Shown in pieces: positions 10,838-20,087 of a stretch of 64,000 nt of DNA. Every line of letters starts with the position of its first letter. The first letter of the stretch is position 1. The notes beneath the pieces were generated by a model that saw nothing but the letters and a program-made list of their open reading frames with translations, was not told the origin of the DNA and did no database searches. The position numbers and the translations under genes were made by a program. Origin of the DNA: Flavobacteriaceae bacterium (GTDB lineage Bacteria > Bacteroidota > Bacteroidia > Flavobacteriales > Flavobacteriaceae); assembly GCA_024743095.1 (NCBI GenBank), contig JANSXF010000018.1, forward strand, positions 497 to 64,496, in the 5' to 3' direction.

Positions 10838-12048
10838 TGACCTACCAAGAAACGTTGGACTGGATGTTCGGACAACTTCCGATGTACCAGCAAAAAGGTG
10901 CTGCGGCGCTAAATGCGAAGCTGGATCACATTATCAGCTTGTGCAATGTGCTGGACAATCCTGAGAAAAAATTTAAAAGTATCCACGTTGCGGGAACCAA
11001 TGGCAAAGGTTCCAGTAGCCATATGTTGGCCTCCATTCTTCAAGAGGCAGGTTATAAGGTCGGATTATATACTTCTCCCCACCTGAAGGATTTTAGGGAG
11101 CGCATCAAAATAAATGGAAAGGTTGTCGGTGAACAGTTTGTAATCGATTTTATAGAAAAACATCAACCATTTTTTGAATACCACAGGCTTTCTTTCTTTG
11201 AAATGACGGTTGGCATGGCCTTTAGTTATTTTGCAGAGGAACAGGTGGATATAGCTGTAATTGAGGTTGGATTGGGAGGGAGATTGGATTCTACCAACAT
11301 AATAACCCCTGAAGTTTCCTTGATTACAAATATCGGGATGGATCATACCCAGTTTTTGGGCGATACCCTGGAAAAAATAGCGTTGGAAAAGGCGGGGATC
11401 ATAAAACCAAAGGTTCCTGTTGTAATCAGTGAGACGCAACCAGAGACGAAGATGATTTTTAACCTGATTGCTCATCAGTTAAAATCGGATATTATTTTTG
11501 CCGATGAAGAACCCTCCATGGGATATGCAACTGATCTGCTTGGAGAATATCAGCAAAAAAACATCAATGGGGTGATGGCGACCATACATCAACTGAAAAG
11601 TTTTGGTGTTCCGGAAGAAGCAATTTCCATGGGACTGAAAAATGTTGTTGCCAATACCGGACTTTTGGGCAGATGGCAAATTTTGCAACAGAATCCGTTG
11701 GTGGTCTGTGATACGGCCCATAACAAAGAAGGGCTTCAATTGGTATTGAAGCAAGTCGAAAAACAATCCTATAAAAAACTCCACATTGTACTTGGCTTTG
11801 TAAGCGACAAAGATGTGAAGTCTGTATTGACCCTTTTTCCGAAAAATGCTCATTATTATTTTGTGAGGCCGGCTATTCCAAGGGGAATGGATACAAATGT
11901 TCTAGAGGAAATGGCTAAGGAACAGGAGCTTATGGGCGAAAAATACGGGTCGGTGCAAGAGGGTTTTCAAAAAGCTTTAAATAATGCTGAGGCTGTTGAT
12001 ATGATTTATGTGGGGGGGAGTACTTTTGTTGTGGCAGAAGTTGTGTAA
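10837..12048 (+). CDS. folC: Bifunctional folylpolyglutamate synthase / dihydrofolate synthase
   Basis: P-loop HVAGTNGKGS and Mur-ligase-like middle and C-terminal domains. The GTG start shares one base with the tonB stop. Confidence 0.9.
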   Translation: MTYQETLDWMFGQLPMYQQKGAAALNAKLDHIISLCNVLDNPEKKFKSIHVAGTNGKGSSSHMLASILQEAGYKVGLYTSPHLKDFRERIKINGKVVGEQFVIDFIEKHQPFFEYHRLSFFEMTVGMAFSYFAEEQVDIAVIEVGLGGRLDSTNIITPEVSLITNIGMDHTQFLGDTLEKIALEKAGIIKPKVPVVISETQPETKMIFNLIAHQLKSDIIFADEEPSMGYATDLLGEYQQKNINGVMATIHQLKSFGVPEEAISMGLKNVVANTGLLGRWQILQQNPLVVCDTAHNKEGLQLVLKQVEKQSYKKLHIVLGFVSDKDVKSVLTLFPKNAHYYFVRPAIPRGMDTNVLEEMAKEQELMGEKYGSVQEGFQKALNNAEAVDMIYVGGSTFVVAEVV

Positions 12049-12087
12049 TTTTTTTCATTTTTTTGTTTTTTAAATCAAAAACAGTCT

Positions 12088-12095
12088 TATATTTG
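12088..12095 (+). promoter_or_regulatory. Bacteroidota-type -7 promoter element TATATTTG (TAnnTTTG) upstream of tRNA-Val
   Basis: The motif lies 24 nt upstream of the tRNA 5' end. A TTTG at 12062-12065 sits about 22 nt further upstream and could be the -33 element. Confidence 0.35.
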
Positions 12096-12118
12096 CACTC
12101 CCATTTAGGAAATTGAAT

Positions 12119-12193
12119 GGGCGCTTAGCTCAGTTGGTTCAGAGCACCTCGTTTACACCGAGGGGGTCGGGGGTTCGAATCCCTCAGCGCCCA
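12119..12193 (+). tRNA. tRNA-Val, anticodon UAC (75 nt, no encoded CCA)
   Basis: Hand-folded cloverleaf. Acceptor GGGCGCT/AGCGCCC, D arm GCTC..GAGC, anticodon stem CCTCG/CGAGG with loop TTTACAC, and T arm GGGGG-TTCGAAT-CCCTC. Confidence 0.93.
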
Positions 12194-12215
12194 CGTTTAG
12201 AGTTCAAACAAAAAC

Positions 12216-12250
12216 AAAACCTTGCAAATCAATAAGATTTGCAAGGTTTT
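12216..12250 (+). terminator. Perfect 15-bp stem hairpin downstream of tRNA-Val
   Basis: aaaaccttgcaaatc-aataa-gatttgcaaggtttt, read directly. The 3' arm ends in a T run. Confidence 0.6.
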
Positions 12251-12266
12251 GACGTTTTAGGACATT

Positions 12267-12345
12267 CCTGAATAGGAAGAATTCGGATCAGGAACAATTG
12301 TTGTGTTTATGCAAATATCGTAGTTAGCCTGAATAGGAAGAATTC
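12267..12345. repeat. 18-bp direct repeat cctgaataggaagaattc (12267-12284 and 12328-12345)
   Basis: On the reverse strand both copies encode EFFLFR, the extreme C-terminus of the transposase fragment. This points to two overlapping IS 3'-end remnants. Confidence 0.7.
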
Positions 12346-12642
12346 TGTGTTTTTGACTCCTCTGAATTGCGCTCTAAAAGCCTTTATTTTTGCATTAAAA
12401 GATTCTGCTGAAGCGTTCGTGCTTCTGTTTATAAAATAGTTCAGGATAGATCTGTAGTTGAGGGATATCGTGTTTGCAATGGTGTTGAATGCCCTAAATC
12501 CCGTATTTTCCACATCCTTGTACCAATGTGCCAGTTTTGTGTAGGCGGTCTCTATGGAGGTTGCCGTGTCGAATATGCTCCTTTTCATTAAAAATGTTAA
12601 CCGAATAAGTGTGTGAACAACTATATTACAATCACTTATCAT
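12307..12642 (-). pseudogene. Truncated transposase; only the C-terminal ~110 aa remain (ISL3-like / ISAon1-like family as I recall it)
   Basis: The ORF ends ..NRSTNASAESFNAKIKAFRAQFRGVKNTEFFLFRL, a C-terminal signature I recognise from Bacteroidota IS transposases. No DDE catalytic region or N-terminal part exists upstream. The family assignment is from memory. Confidence 0.6.
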
Positions 12643-12956
12643 TTAACTTTCGTAGGCAATTTTCGTTCAGTTCAACACAAAACCTATGAGAGCACGGTCT
12701 ACATTTTTCAATTGGTTTTTGGATAAGCACTTCCCAGTAGAATGGCGGCAACGCAAGATATATACTCCAACAACCGTTGACACAAGACGGGTGACTTTAC
12801 ACACTTGATCTCAATTCATTATTAGGATACTATTTTAAATAGCAAAAAGATTATACTTTGATATTGTGTCTTTGTGGGTTTTAATATAAATATTTTATCA
12901 AATTGTTATTTTTTAAATAAAATCTTTAGCTTTATGGTATTTTCAAACGATTTGCA

Positions 12957-13529
12957 ATGTCATATAGCGATCAAGAATTACTTTCTCGAATGGGTAGGGA
13001 TGATGAAGTTGCCTATCATGAAATTTATAAGAAATATGCGGAAAAACTGTTTGCGTATGCATTGAACATATGTAAGCAAAGGGAAACATGCGAGGACATT
13101 GTTCAGAACGTTTTTATATCCCTTTGGGAAAAAAGAAAAAAGAATACGATTACCTACCTCAAACCATATCTTTATCAGGCTACCAAGTTTCAGGTTGTTA
13201 AAACACTAAGAAAGCACGATTTTTCACATGAAGAGTTGACTCGTCTGAATTTGGTTGACGCATCATTGAGCATCTCAAAAAAGATGGAGTTTGATGAGCT
13301 ACTTTCACTGACCAACAGCTTGGTCAATAATTTAACTCCAAGGTGCAGACAAATTTTTATTATGAGCAGGTTTGAGGATAAATCAAACTTAGAAATTTCC
13401 CAAGAGCTTGGATTGTCGATACAATCTGTAAAAAACCAAATTACTAAAGCCACAAAACGCTTAAAGGAACAAGTCTCACCTGAACAATTGGCAATCTACC
13501 AACTTCTACTTTTTGTATTTTCTCTTTAG
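12957..13529 (+). CDS. ECF-type RNA polymerase sigma-70 factor (190 aa)
   Basis: Region 2 (..CEDIVQNVFISLWEKR..) and region 4 HTH (NLEISQELGLSIQSVKNQITKATKRL). It sits next to a FecR-type gene. Confidence 0.9.
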   Translation: MSYSDQELLSRMGRDDEVAYHEIYKKYAEKLFAYALNICKQRETCEDIVQNVFISLWEKRKKNTITYLKPYLYQATKFQVVKTLRKHDFSHEELTRLNLVDASLSISKKMEFDELLSLTNSLVNNLTPRCRQIFIMSRFEDKSNLEISQELGLSIQSVKNQITKATKRLKEQVSPEQLAIYQLLLFVFSL

Positions 13530-13734
13530 GAAAATATCTTGTAAGATTTTATTTATTGGATGATTTGGTATGAATACGAAAATCATTATTTGGGTCATGT
13601 TATTTTGATATGTATTCATTTTTAGCATTGAATTTTTGCTTCATTATTAAAAAAAATCAAAAAAACACAGGTACTAATTTTGAAATTTTGGTACTTAGTT
13701 TGTACAAGGAGATTTTTAGCTCTTTTCTAAGCAC

Positions 13735-14865
13735 ATGAAATACTTAAAAAACAAACAGGCCAAAAGCTTAATGGAAAAGTACCTCAATGGGAAGTGTACC
13801 GTTGAGGAGAAGAAGCTTGTTGAGAGCTATCTTGATTCATTTCAAGGAGATACAGGTCGGAATGCTGATATTGACTTTAAACTGGATATCGAGCAGCAGT
13901 TATGGGAGAAAATCAAGGCTAAGACACTCCAAACGAAAAAGACGAAAGTTTTACCGTTGGTATACAGGAATATGATGAAATATGCTGCAGTTTTTATTGG
14001 GGCAGGATTTCTATTGTTCTGGGGCTATAATGCATATAAAACCGACCAAGATATCTTGAATGCTGATAAGAAAGAGATTGTTTTACAAACGGGCCAGGAC
14101 CAAAAGTCGATAGATGAACATACGGTCGATGAGATTGTGGACGAGTCTGGAAATGTTATCGCATCGATACAAAACGGTATTCTCCAATACAGACAAAATA
14201 CTAAAAATGGTGACTTTGCCTTTAACGAAGTTATAGTGCCTTCGGGCAAAACATTTCAAATAGTCCTTGCAGATGGTACATTGGTTCATCTCAATGCAGG
14301 ATCTCATTTTCGATTTCCAGTGGGTTTTCACCCAAGTAAGGGGAGGGAGGTCTATCTATCTGGAGAGGGATATTTCGAGGTTGCAAAAGATGATTCAAGC
14401 CCATTTGTTGTCCAAGCAAACGATATGGAAGTTACGGTATTGGGGACACATTTCAATGTTAGCGCCTATTTGGGGGAGCCCCAGCATACGGTATTGGTCG
14501 AAGGGAGTGTTTCAGTGAATAACCAAAAGACGGATTCACATGAAATCATAAAACCGGGGCAAAAAGCAGTGATAAAGGGCAATGGTATGGTTGTCAATAC
14601 AGTAGATGTAAAAGATTATACCGGTTGGACACAAAATGTACTGACCTTTAGAGATGAACTGTTTCCGAACATTATTAAAAAAATTGAGCGAAGGTATAAT
14701 GTAACCATTGTGAACAACTACCCGGAGTTGGACAACGCTCGTTTCAATGGTAAGTTCAAAAACGAATCGATACTAAGTTTGATGAATACATTCAAGGAAA
14801 GTGCAAACTTTGAATACAAAATAGAAAAGGGAAAAATTGTAATCAATAAAAAAACCAGCCTATGA
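13735..14865 (+). CDS. FecR-family anti-sigma factor / transmembrane sensor (376 aa)
   Basis: N-terminal cytoplasmic segment, one TM helix (AAVFIGAGFLLFWGY), and a periplasmic FecR domain (LADGTLVHLNAGSHFRF..). It lies between the ECF sigma and an STN-domain SusC. Confidence 0.9.
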   Translation: MKYLKNKQAKSLMEKYLNGKCTVEEKKLVESYLDSFQGDTGRNADIDFKLDIEQQLWEKIKAKTLQTKKTKVLPLVYRNMMKYAAVFIGAGFLLFWGYNAYKTDQDILNADKKEIVLQTGQDQKSIDEHTVDEIVDESGNVIASIQNGILQYRQNTKNGDFAFNEVIVPSGKTFQIVLADGTLVHLNAGSHFRFPVGFHPSKGREVYLSGEGYFEVAKDDSSPFVVQANDMEVTVLGTHFNVSAYLGEPQHTVLVEGSVSVNNQKTDSHEIIKPGQKAVIKGNGMVVNTVDVKDYTGWTQNVLTFRDELFPNIIKKIERRYNVTIVNNYPELDNARFNGKFKNESILSLMNTFKESANFEYKIEKGKIVINKKTSL

Positions 14866-14887
14866 TTAAAATCTCGGATAAATAAAA

Positions 14888-14915
14888 ATCGGGAAGTGGT
14901 GCAACACTTCCCGAT
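14888..14915 (+). terminator. Perfect 11-bp stem hairpin between fecR and susC (terminator or insulator candidate)
   Basis: atcgggaagtg-gtgcaa-cacttcccgat, read directly, 23 nt after the fecR stop. No clean T tract follows, so function is uncertain. Confidence 0.45.
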
Positions 14916-14968
14916 ATGAGTTGATTTTAAATAGAAACGTTACTAACTAATCAAAACCATTCAAAATT

Positions 14969-17900
14969 ATGCAAAAAAAGGATTGGTTCCCAGCAATGCT
15001 TGGGAATATTCTTAACAAGAATCGAACTATGAAGGTTTCATTTGTTCTTTTGGTATTTGCTTTGCTAAATGTTCAAGCAAATTCATTTTCGCAGAATGCC
15101 AAAATAAATTTGAACATAGAAAATGAGACTGTCCAGAGTGTTTTGGAACAAATAGAGTCTAAAAGTGATTTTAGATTTTTCTATAGAAGCGGGGAAATAG
15201 ATGGTACCAGAACCGTGACCTTCAACGTAAAGAACAAGAAAATATCATATGTTCTAAACCTGATGTTCAAGGGAAGGCCTGTCACATATTCTCTAGTTGA
15301 TAATCAAATTGTATTAAAACGAACTACTTCTAGGAAAATAGATGAAGAGGTTGCAAAAAACGTAATCAAAAGCCCTTTGCGGGAAAAGCCCTCTGATCAA
15401 TTTACCGTTAGCGGTACTGTTACAGATAACCAAGGGGTTCCCATTCCTGGGGTCAATATATTGGAGCAGGGAACTACAAATGGTGTGGCGGCGGATTTTG
15501 ATGGCAATTATTCAATTGAAGTCCCTGGGCCTGGAACGGTACTTGTTTTCAGTTCAATTGGATTTGCAGCCCAACAAATTGAGGTTGGGGAATCTTCCAC
15601 ACTTAATGTTGTTTTACAGGAAGATTCACAAGCACTCGATGAGGTGGTGATTACCGCTCTTGGAATCAAGCGGGAGAAAAAGGCATTGACCTATTCTGTC
15701 TCTGAAGTTGATGGTGATAATTTCACCAAAGCAAGGGAAATTAATGTCGGAAATGCTTTAGCGGGGAGAGTAGCTGGGGTAACAGCGTCAGCAACATCAG
15801 GTGGCCCTGCAGCATCCAGTCGTGTTATAATCAGGGGAAATGGATCGCTAAATGGAGATAATCAGCCATTATATGTTGTTAACGGAATGCCGATCACCAA
15901 TACCAACCAATCATCACCCGGTACTTATGGAGGCGTGGATAGAGGGGATGGACTCTCAAGTATCAACCCCGATGATATAGAAAGTATATCAGTTTTAAAA
16001 GGAGGTACTGCAGCTGCTCTATATGGTGCTCGCGCAGCCAATGGTGTGATTTTGATCACTACCAAATCAGGTAGCGCACAACAGGGAATAGGGGTGGAAT
16101 ATCGTACCAATGTCACATTTGAACAACCGATGAACTTTCTGGATTGGCAGTATAGATATGGTTCAGGTTCTTTGGGTGTGGCCCCTTCAAACCAAGAGGA
16201 GGCGATAGCTTTCGGACGCACCTCGTGGGGCGCGCCACTGGACGGCTCAATGGTCATACAACCAGATGGTGAATTAAGACCTTATTCACCTCAGAAAAAA
16301 AATGTCGAGAATTTTTATCAAATAGGGACGACCGTTACGAACAGTATTGCTTTTTCAGGAGGGAGTGAAGCCATTAATTTCCGGTTTGGAGCTTCCAATA
16401 TGGACAATAAATCCATAGTTCCCAATAGTAGCATAAATCGGAAGACCTTTAATTTAAGCACTAATGCAACCCTAGCAGAAAAAATTCAGTTCACGGGGAA
16501 TGCACAATACACCATTGAAGACGTTGAGAATCGGCCCTTTTTGGCTGATTTTCCCAGAAACCCCAATGCGGGAACACAATTGATAGCTACCAACATAGAT
16601 GTAAGGACCCTTTCTCCTGGGTATCTCGAAAATGGTAATGAAATGCCATGGAGCGACTATATTTATGCTACTAACCCCTACTTCGCCGTAAATAAATATA
16701 GAAATGGGGATAAACGGGAACGATTTATTGGTTCCTTTACTACAAGATACAATTTTACCGACCACCTATATGCCCGAGTCCGTTTTGGAATGGACAAGAT
16801 TAATGTGGATGGCTATCAGATAGACCCTACAGGTATTGCATTCAATGCACCAGGGAGCATGACCACTGATCAAAGTGTTCAGACCGAAACCAATATTGAA
16901 GGGGTTTTAGGTTTTAATCAAGAGTTTGGGAAATTTACGGTCAATGCCATGGCCGGGGGAAACCAAATGCGAAACACATTTGATGGCATTACTCTTTCAA
17001 GTGGGCAGTTCAACATCCCTTTTCGTTATTTTATTGGGAATGGAAGCAGCCAAAATTTTGATATCAACTACGGAAAGTTTGGAATTAATTCGCTGTTTGG
17101 ATCATTGGACCTTGATTTCAATAACTACCTCTACCTAACGCTAACAGGTAGAAACGATTGGTTTTCAACCTTGGATATTGCGGATAATAATTTGTTCTAC
17201 CCATCTGTGGGTTTGAGTTTCCTATTGACGGAGGCTTGGAAAAGCAAACCAAGTTGGCTTGATTATGCCAAAGTTAGAACTTCATGGGCTCAAGTAGGGG
17301 GGGGCGCACCAACACCCTACAATATTCTTACCACCTATTCTGCAGAATCAATTCCGCATTTAGGGCAAACATTGACCGAGGTGACCAGTGCAACCATTCC
17401 TACAAAATTGGTGCCCTATACATCAACAACTACCGAGGCAGGAATAGAACTAAGAATGTTGAACAGTAGATTGGGAATAGATTTTACGGTATATAATAGA
17501 ACCACCACCGATGATATAGTAAATGCTTCCATAGCACCTTCCAGTGGTTATGATGATGTAGCCCTTAATGCTGGTAAAATGGAAAATAAGGGTGTTGAAT
17601 TAATGGTTTCGGGAACTCCAATTACTTCTGAAAATGGTCTTACTTGGGATGCGATGGTCAATACGGCCTATAATGATAATACCGTTATCAAAATAGCAGA
17701 TGACCTTACAACATTGCAATTGCCAGGGGCAACCACAAGGACCTTGAACGGTGGAATATACCATTTTGAGGGTCAGCCTTTTGGTATGATTGCTGGAAAT
17801 CGAAAATTGACCAATGAAAGTGGGGAAATCGTGTACAACAGTTTGAGCGGACTGCCTATCGCAGGGCCGAACGAGGCGTTGGGAAGAGGTGTTCCTCCAC

Positions 17901-18415
17901 TGTCTATAGGGTTCAATAACAGTTTTACATACAAAAATTTTAATTTAAATTTTTTGCTTGATAGTAGGTGGGGCGGGAGTATTTATTCTGCCACCAGCGC
18001 TTATGGAACCGATTTCGGTTTGGATAAACGTACCGTTAGGGATAATGTGCGTGAAACAGGGGTCAGTGTCAATGGAGTTGATCAAGATGGTAATGCATAT
18101 TCGGCCACGGTCCCTGCCCAGACTTATTACAGAGGCATAGCTTACACGATTACGGAGGAATTTGTCCAAAAAGCAGACTTTATCAAGTTGCGGTCTTTTA
18201 GTCTTGGATATAACCTACCCAAATCTATGCTGTCCAGAACTCCCATAAAATCAGCCAGTATTTCATTGGTGGGGAGAAATCTTTGGTTGATTTATACAAC
18301 TACGGAAAACATTGACCCAGAATCAAATTACAGTAGTTCCAATGCACAGGGGCTCGAGAATTTTGGTTTACCAACTTCCAGAAGTTTCGGTATTGACTTT
18401 AACGTCACTTTTTAA
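14969..18415 (+). CDS. susC: SusC/RagA-family TonB-dependent outer-membrane transporter with an N-terminal STN signalling domain
   Basis: STN domain (ETVQSVLEQIESKSDFRFFY), CarboxypepD_reg-like domain (VSGTVTDNQGVPIPGVNI), plug (VVITALGIKREKK) and a long beta-barrel ending in F. The start may be the ATG at 15029 (MKVSFVLLVF signal peptide). Confidence 0.93.
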   Translation: MQKKDWFPAMLGNILNKNRTMKVSFVLLVFALLNVQANSFSQNAKINLNIENETVQSVLEQIESKSDFRFFYRSGEIDGTRTVTFNVKNKKISYVLNLMFKGRPVTYSLVDNQIVLKRTTSRKIDEEVAKNVIKSPLREKPSDQFTVSGTVTDNQGVPIPGVNILEQGTTNGVAADFDGNYSIEVPGPGTVLVFSSIGFAAQQIEVGESSTLNVVLQEDSQALDEVVITALGIKREKKALTYSVSEVDGDNFTKAREINVGNALAGRVAGVTASATSGGPAASSRVIIRGNGSLNGDNQPLYVVNGMPITNTNQSSPGTYGGVDRGDGLSSINPDDIESISVLKGGTAAALYGARAANGVILITTKSGSAQQGIGVEYRTNVTFEQPMNFLDWQYRYGSGSLGVAPSNQEEAIAFGRTSWGAPLDGSMVIQPDGELRPYSPQKKNVENFYQIGTTVTNSIAFSGGSEAINFRFGASNMDNKSIVPNSSINRKTFNLSTNATLAEKIQFTGNAQYTIEDVENRPFLADFPRNPNAGTQLIATNIDVRTLSPGYLENGNEMPWSDYIYATNPYFAVNKYRNGDKRERFIGSFTTRYNFTDHLYARVRFGMDKINVDGYQIDPTGIAFNAPGSMTTDQSVQTETNIEGVLGFNQEFGKFTVNAMAGGNQMRNTFDGITLSSGQFNIPFRYFIGNGSSQNFDINYGKFGINSLFGSLDLDFNNYLYLTLTGRNDWFSTLDIADNNLFYPSVGLSFLLTEAWKSKPSWLDYAKVRTSWAQVGGGAPTPYNILTTYSAESIPHLGQTLTEVTSATIPTKLVPYTSTTTEAGIELRMLNSRLGIDFTVYNRTTTDDIVNASIAPSSGYDDVALNAGKMENKGVELMVSGTPITSENGLTWDAMVNTAYNDNTVIKIADDLTTLQLPGATTRTLNGGIYHFEGQPFGMIAGNRKLTNESGEIVYNSLSGLPIAGPNEALGRGVPPLSIGFNNSFTYKNFNLNFLLDSRWGGSIYSATSAYGTDFGLDKRTVRDNVRETGVSVNGVDQDGNAYSATVPAQTYYRGIAYTITEEFVQKADFIKLRSFSLGYNLPKSMLSRTPIKSASISLVGRNLWLIYTTTENIDPESNYSSSNAQGLENFGLPTSRSFGIDFNVTF

Positions 18416-18449
18416 AAGGAATTTTAATTCTTCAATTAAACAAAATATT

Positions 18450-20057
18450 ATGAAACCTATAAAACATCAACACAAGGTCGCTCCTTTCTATGTAGTGATC
18501 ATGATGACATTTTTCTTAACTGGATGTGATTCTGGTTTTGAGGAACTTAACCAAAATCCAAATGCGTACACAGAACCCGATTTTCAAAGCTTGTTCACTA
18601 CGAGTTTGATCCGGACTGTAGGCACTGGTACCACGGATAGAAATCGGACGAATATGAAATACCTATCAGGAGCAATGCAATTTCATGCTACCCTTCAAAC
18701 TTTTTGGTATGGGGAGAAGGGGATTGTGCACCAACAGACAGGAAATTTTTTTGAAACCGTGTATACCTCCCATCTTAGGGAACTATCAGTGATTCTTAAT
18801 GAGACTGAAGGAATTCCTGAGTTATCGAATCAAAATGCAATAGCAAAAATTTGGAAGGTCTTTGCGCTCCATCGGGTAACGGATGCTTATGGGGATGTGC
18901 CCTATAAAGAGGCCGTAAAAGGAAATTCAGATTTGATTTTTAAACCAGTTTATGACAAACAATCCGATATCTACCCATGGATGCTTCAAGATTTGGAATC
19001 GGCCATTGGCCAGTTGGATAACTCATCAGGCTCTTTTGGTGGTGCGGACGTGATTTATGGAGGAGATGTAGCTAGTTGGAGAACATTTGGCTATTCCCTT
19101 ATGCTGCGCTTGGCCATGAGATTGACAAAGGTAGATCCAGGTATGGCCCAAGAATGGGCCCAAAAGGCAATAGAGGGAGGGGTTATGCAAAGCAATGATG
19201 ATTTGGCCAAATTGGAACATACCCCAACAAGTGGAAATACATGGAATTGGGACGGCAGAGAGCTGAAAAGGGAAAGCCTTCCCGAAGGAAATCAAGGTAT
19301 GGGACTCGTGAAAATGGGAAAGACGTTTATTGATCTTTTAAAAGAGAACAATGATCCCAGACTGCCTTTTTACGCTACTCTATGGGAAGGGAACATTAAT
19401 GCAATGCAGTTACAGGTTATTGCAGAAACCACAGTTCCCGAACTACAACAGGGGTTACCCAATGGTTATGACCCAGGGACCATAAGTGAAGCCATTCCCG
19501 GTTGGAGCAATGCCCAATTGGTGGACTATTCAGAACCCAATACGGCTACCATAGCCAATTTCTCCTCTCCATCAATAATCCTTAGTTATTCTGAGGTTGA
19601 ATTTCTATTGGCAGAAGCGGCCATTCGAGGATGGGCACCTGGAACCCCTGAAGAACACTACCAGAATGCTATCCGGGCCAATATGGAATCCTCAATGCTA
19701 TATCCCAACAATGGTATTGCCCCCATGACTATTACCGAGGATGAAATATCAGATTACTTGGCCGCCCATTCCCTTAGCGGAAGTGATGAGCAAATGATGG
19801 AACAGATTTACACACAGTTTTATCTGGCCCACTATATGTATTTGGACTTTTTTGAAGCTTGGTCAACATGGAGACGTACAGGTGTCCCAGAACTAGCACC
19901 TGTCACTTATCCATTGAATACAACGGGAGGGGTTCCTATCCGACGTTTAATGTATTCTTTTGAAGAACGTGCATTGAATCTTGAAAATGTCGAAGCGGCA
20001 ATCGCCAACCAGGGAGCAGATACGTATATCACCCGAGTATGGTGGGACGAAGAATAA
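18450..20057 (+). CDS. susD: SusD/RagB-family nutrient-binding outer-membrane lipoprotein (535 aa)
   Basis: Lipobox FFLTGC, directly downstream of susC, with a size and alpha-helical TPR-like composition typical of SusD. I set the start at ATG 18450 because the track ORF start at 18312 overlaps susC. Confidence 0.88.
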   Translation: MKPIKHQHKVAPFYVVIMMTFFLTGCDSGFEELNQNPNAYTEPDFQSLFTTSLIRTVGTGTTDRNRTNMKYLSGAMQFHATLQTFWYGEKGIVHQQTGNFFETVYTSHLRELSVILNETEGIPELSNQNAIAKIWKVFALHRVTDAYGDVPYKEAVKGNSDLIFKPVYDKQSDIYPWMLQDLESAIGQLDNSSGSFGGADVIYGGDVASWRTFGYSLMLRLAMRLTKVDPGMAQEWAQKAIEGGVMQSNDDLAKLEHTPTSGNTWNWDGRELKRESLPEGNQGMGLVKMGKTFIDLLKENNDPRLPFYATLWEGNINAMQLQVIAETTVPELQQGLPNGYDPGTISEAIPGWSNAQLVDYSEPNTATIANFSSPSIILSYSEVEFLLAEAAIRGWAPGTPEEHYQNAIRANMESSMLYPNNGIAPMTITEDEISDYLAAHSLSGSDEQMMEQIYTQFYLAHYMYLDFFEAWSTWRRTGVPELAPVTYPLNTTGGVPIRRLMYSFEERALNLENVEAAIANQGADTYITRVWWDEE

Positions 20058-20087
20058 TAGTGCTATCAAGCTTTAATAGAAAAGGAC

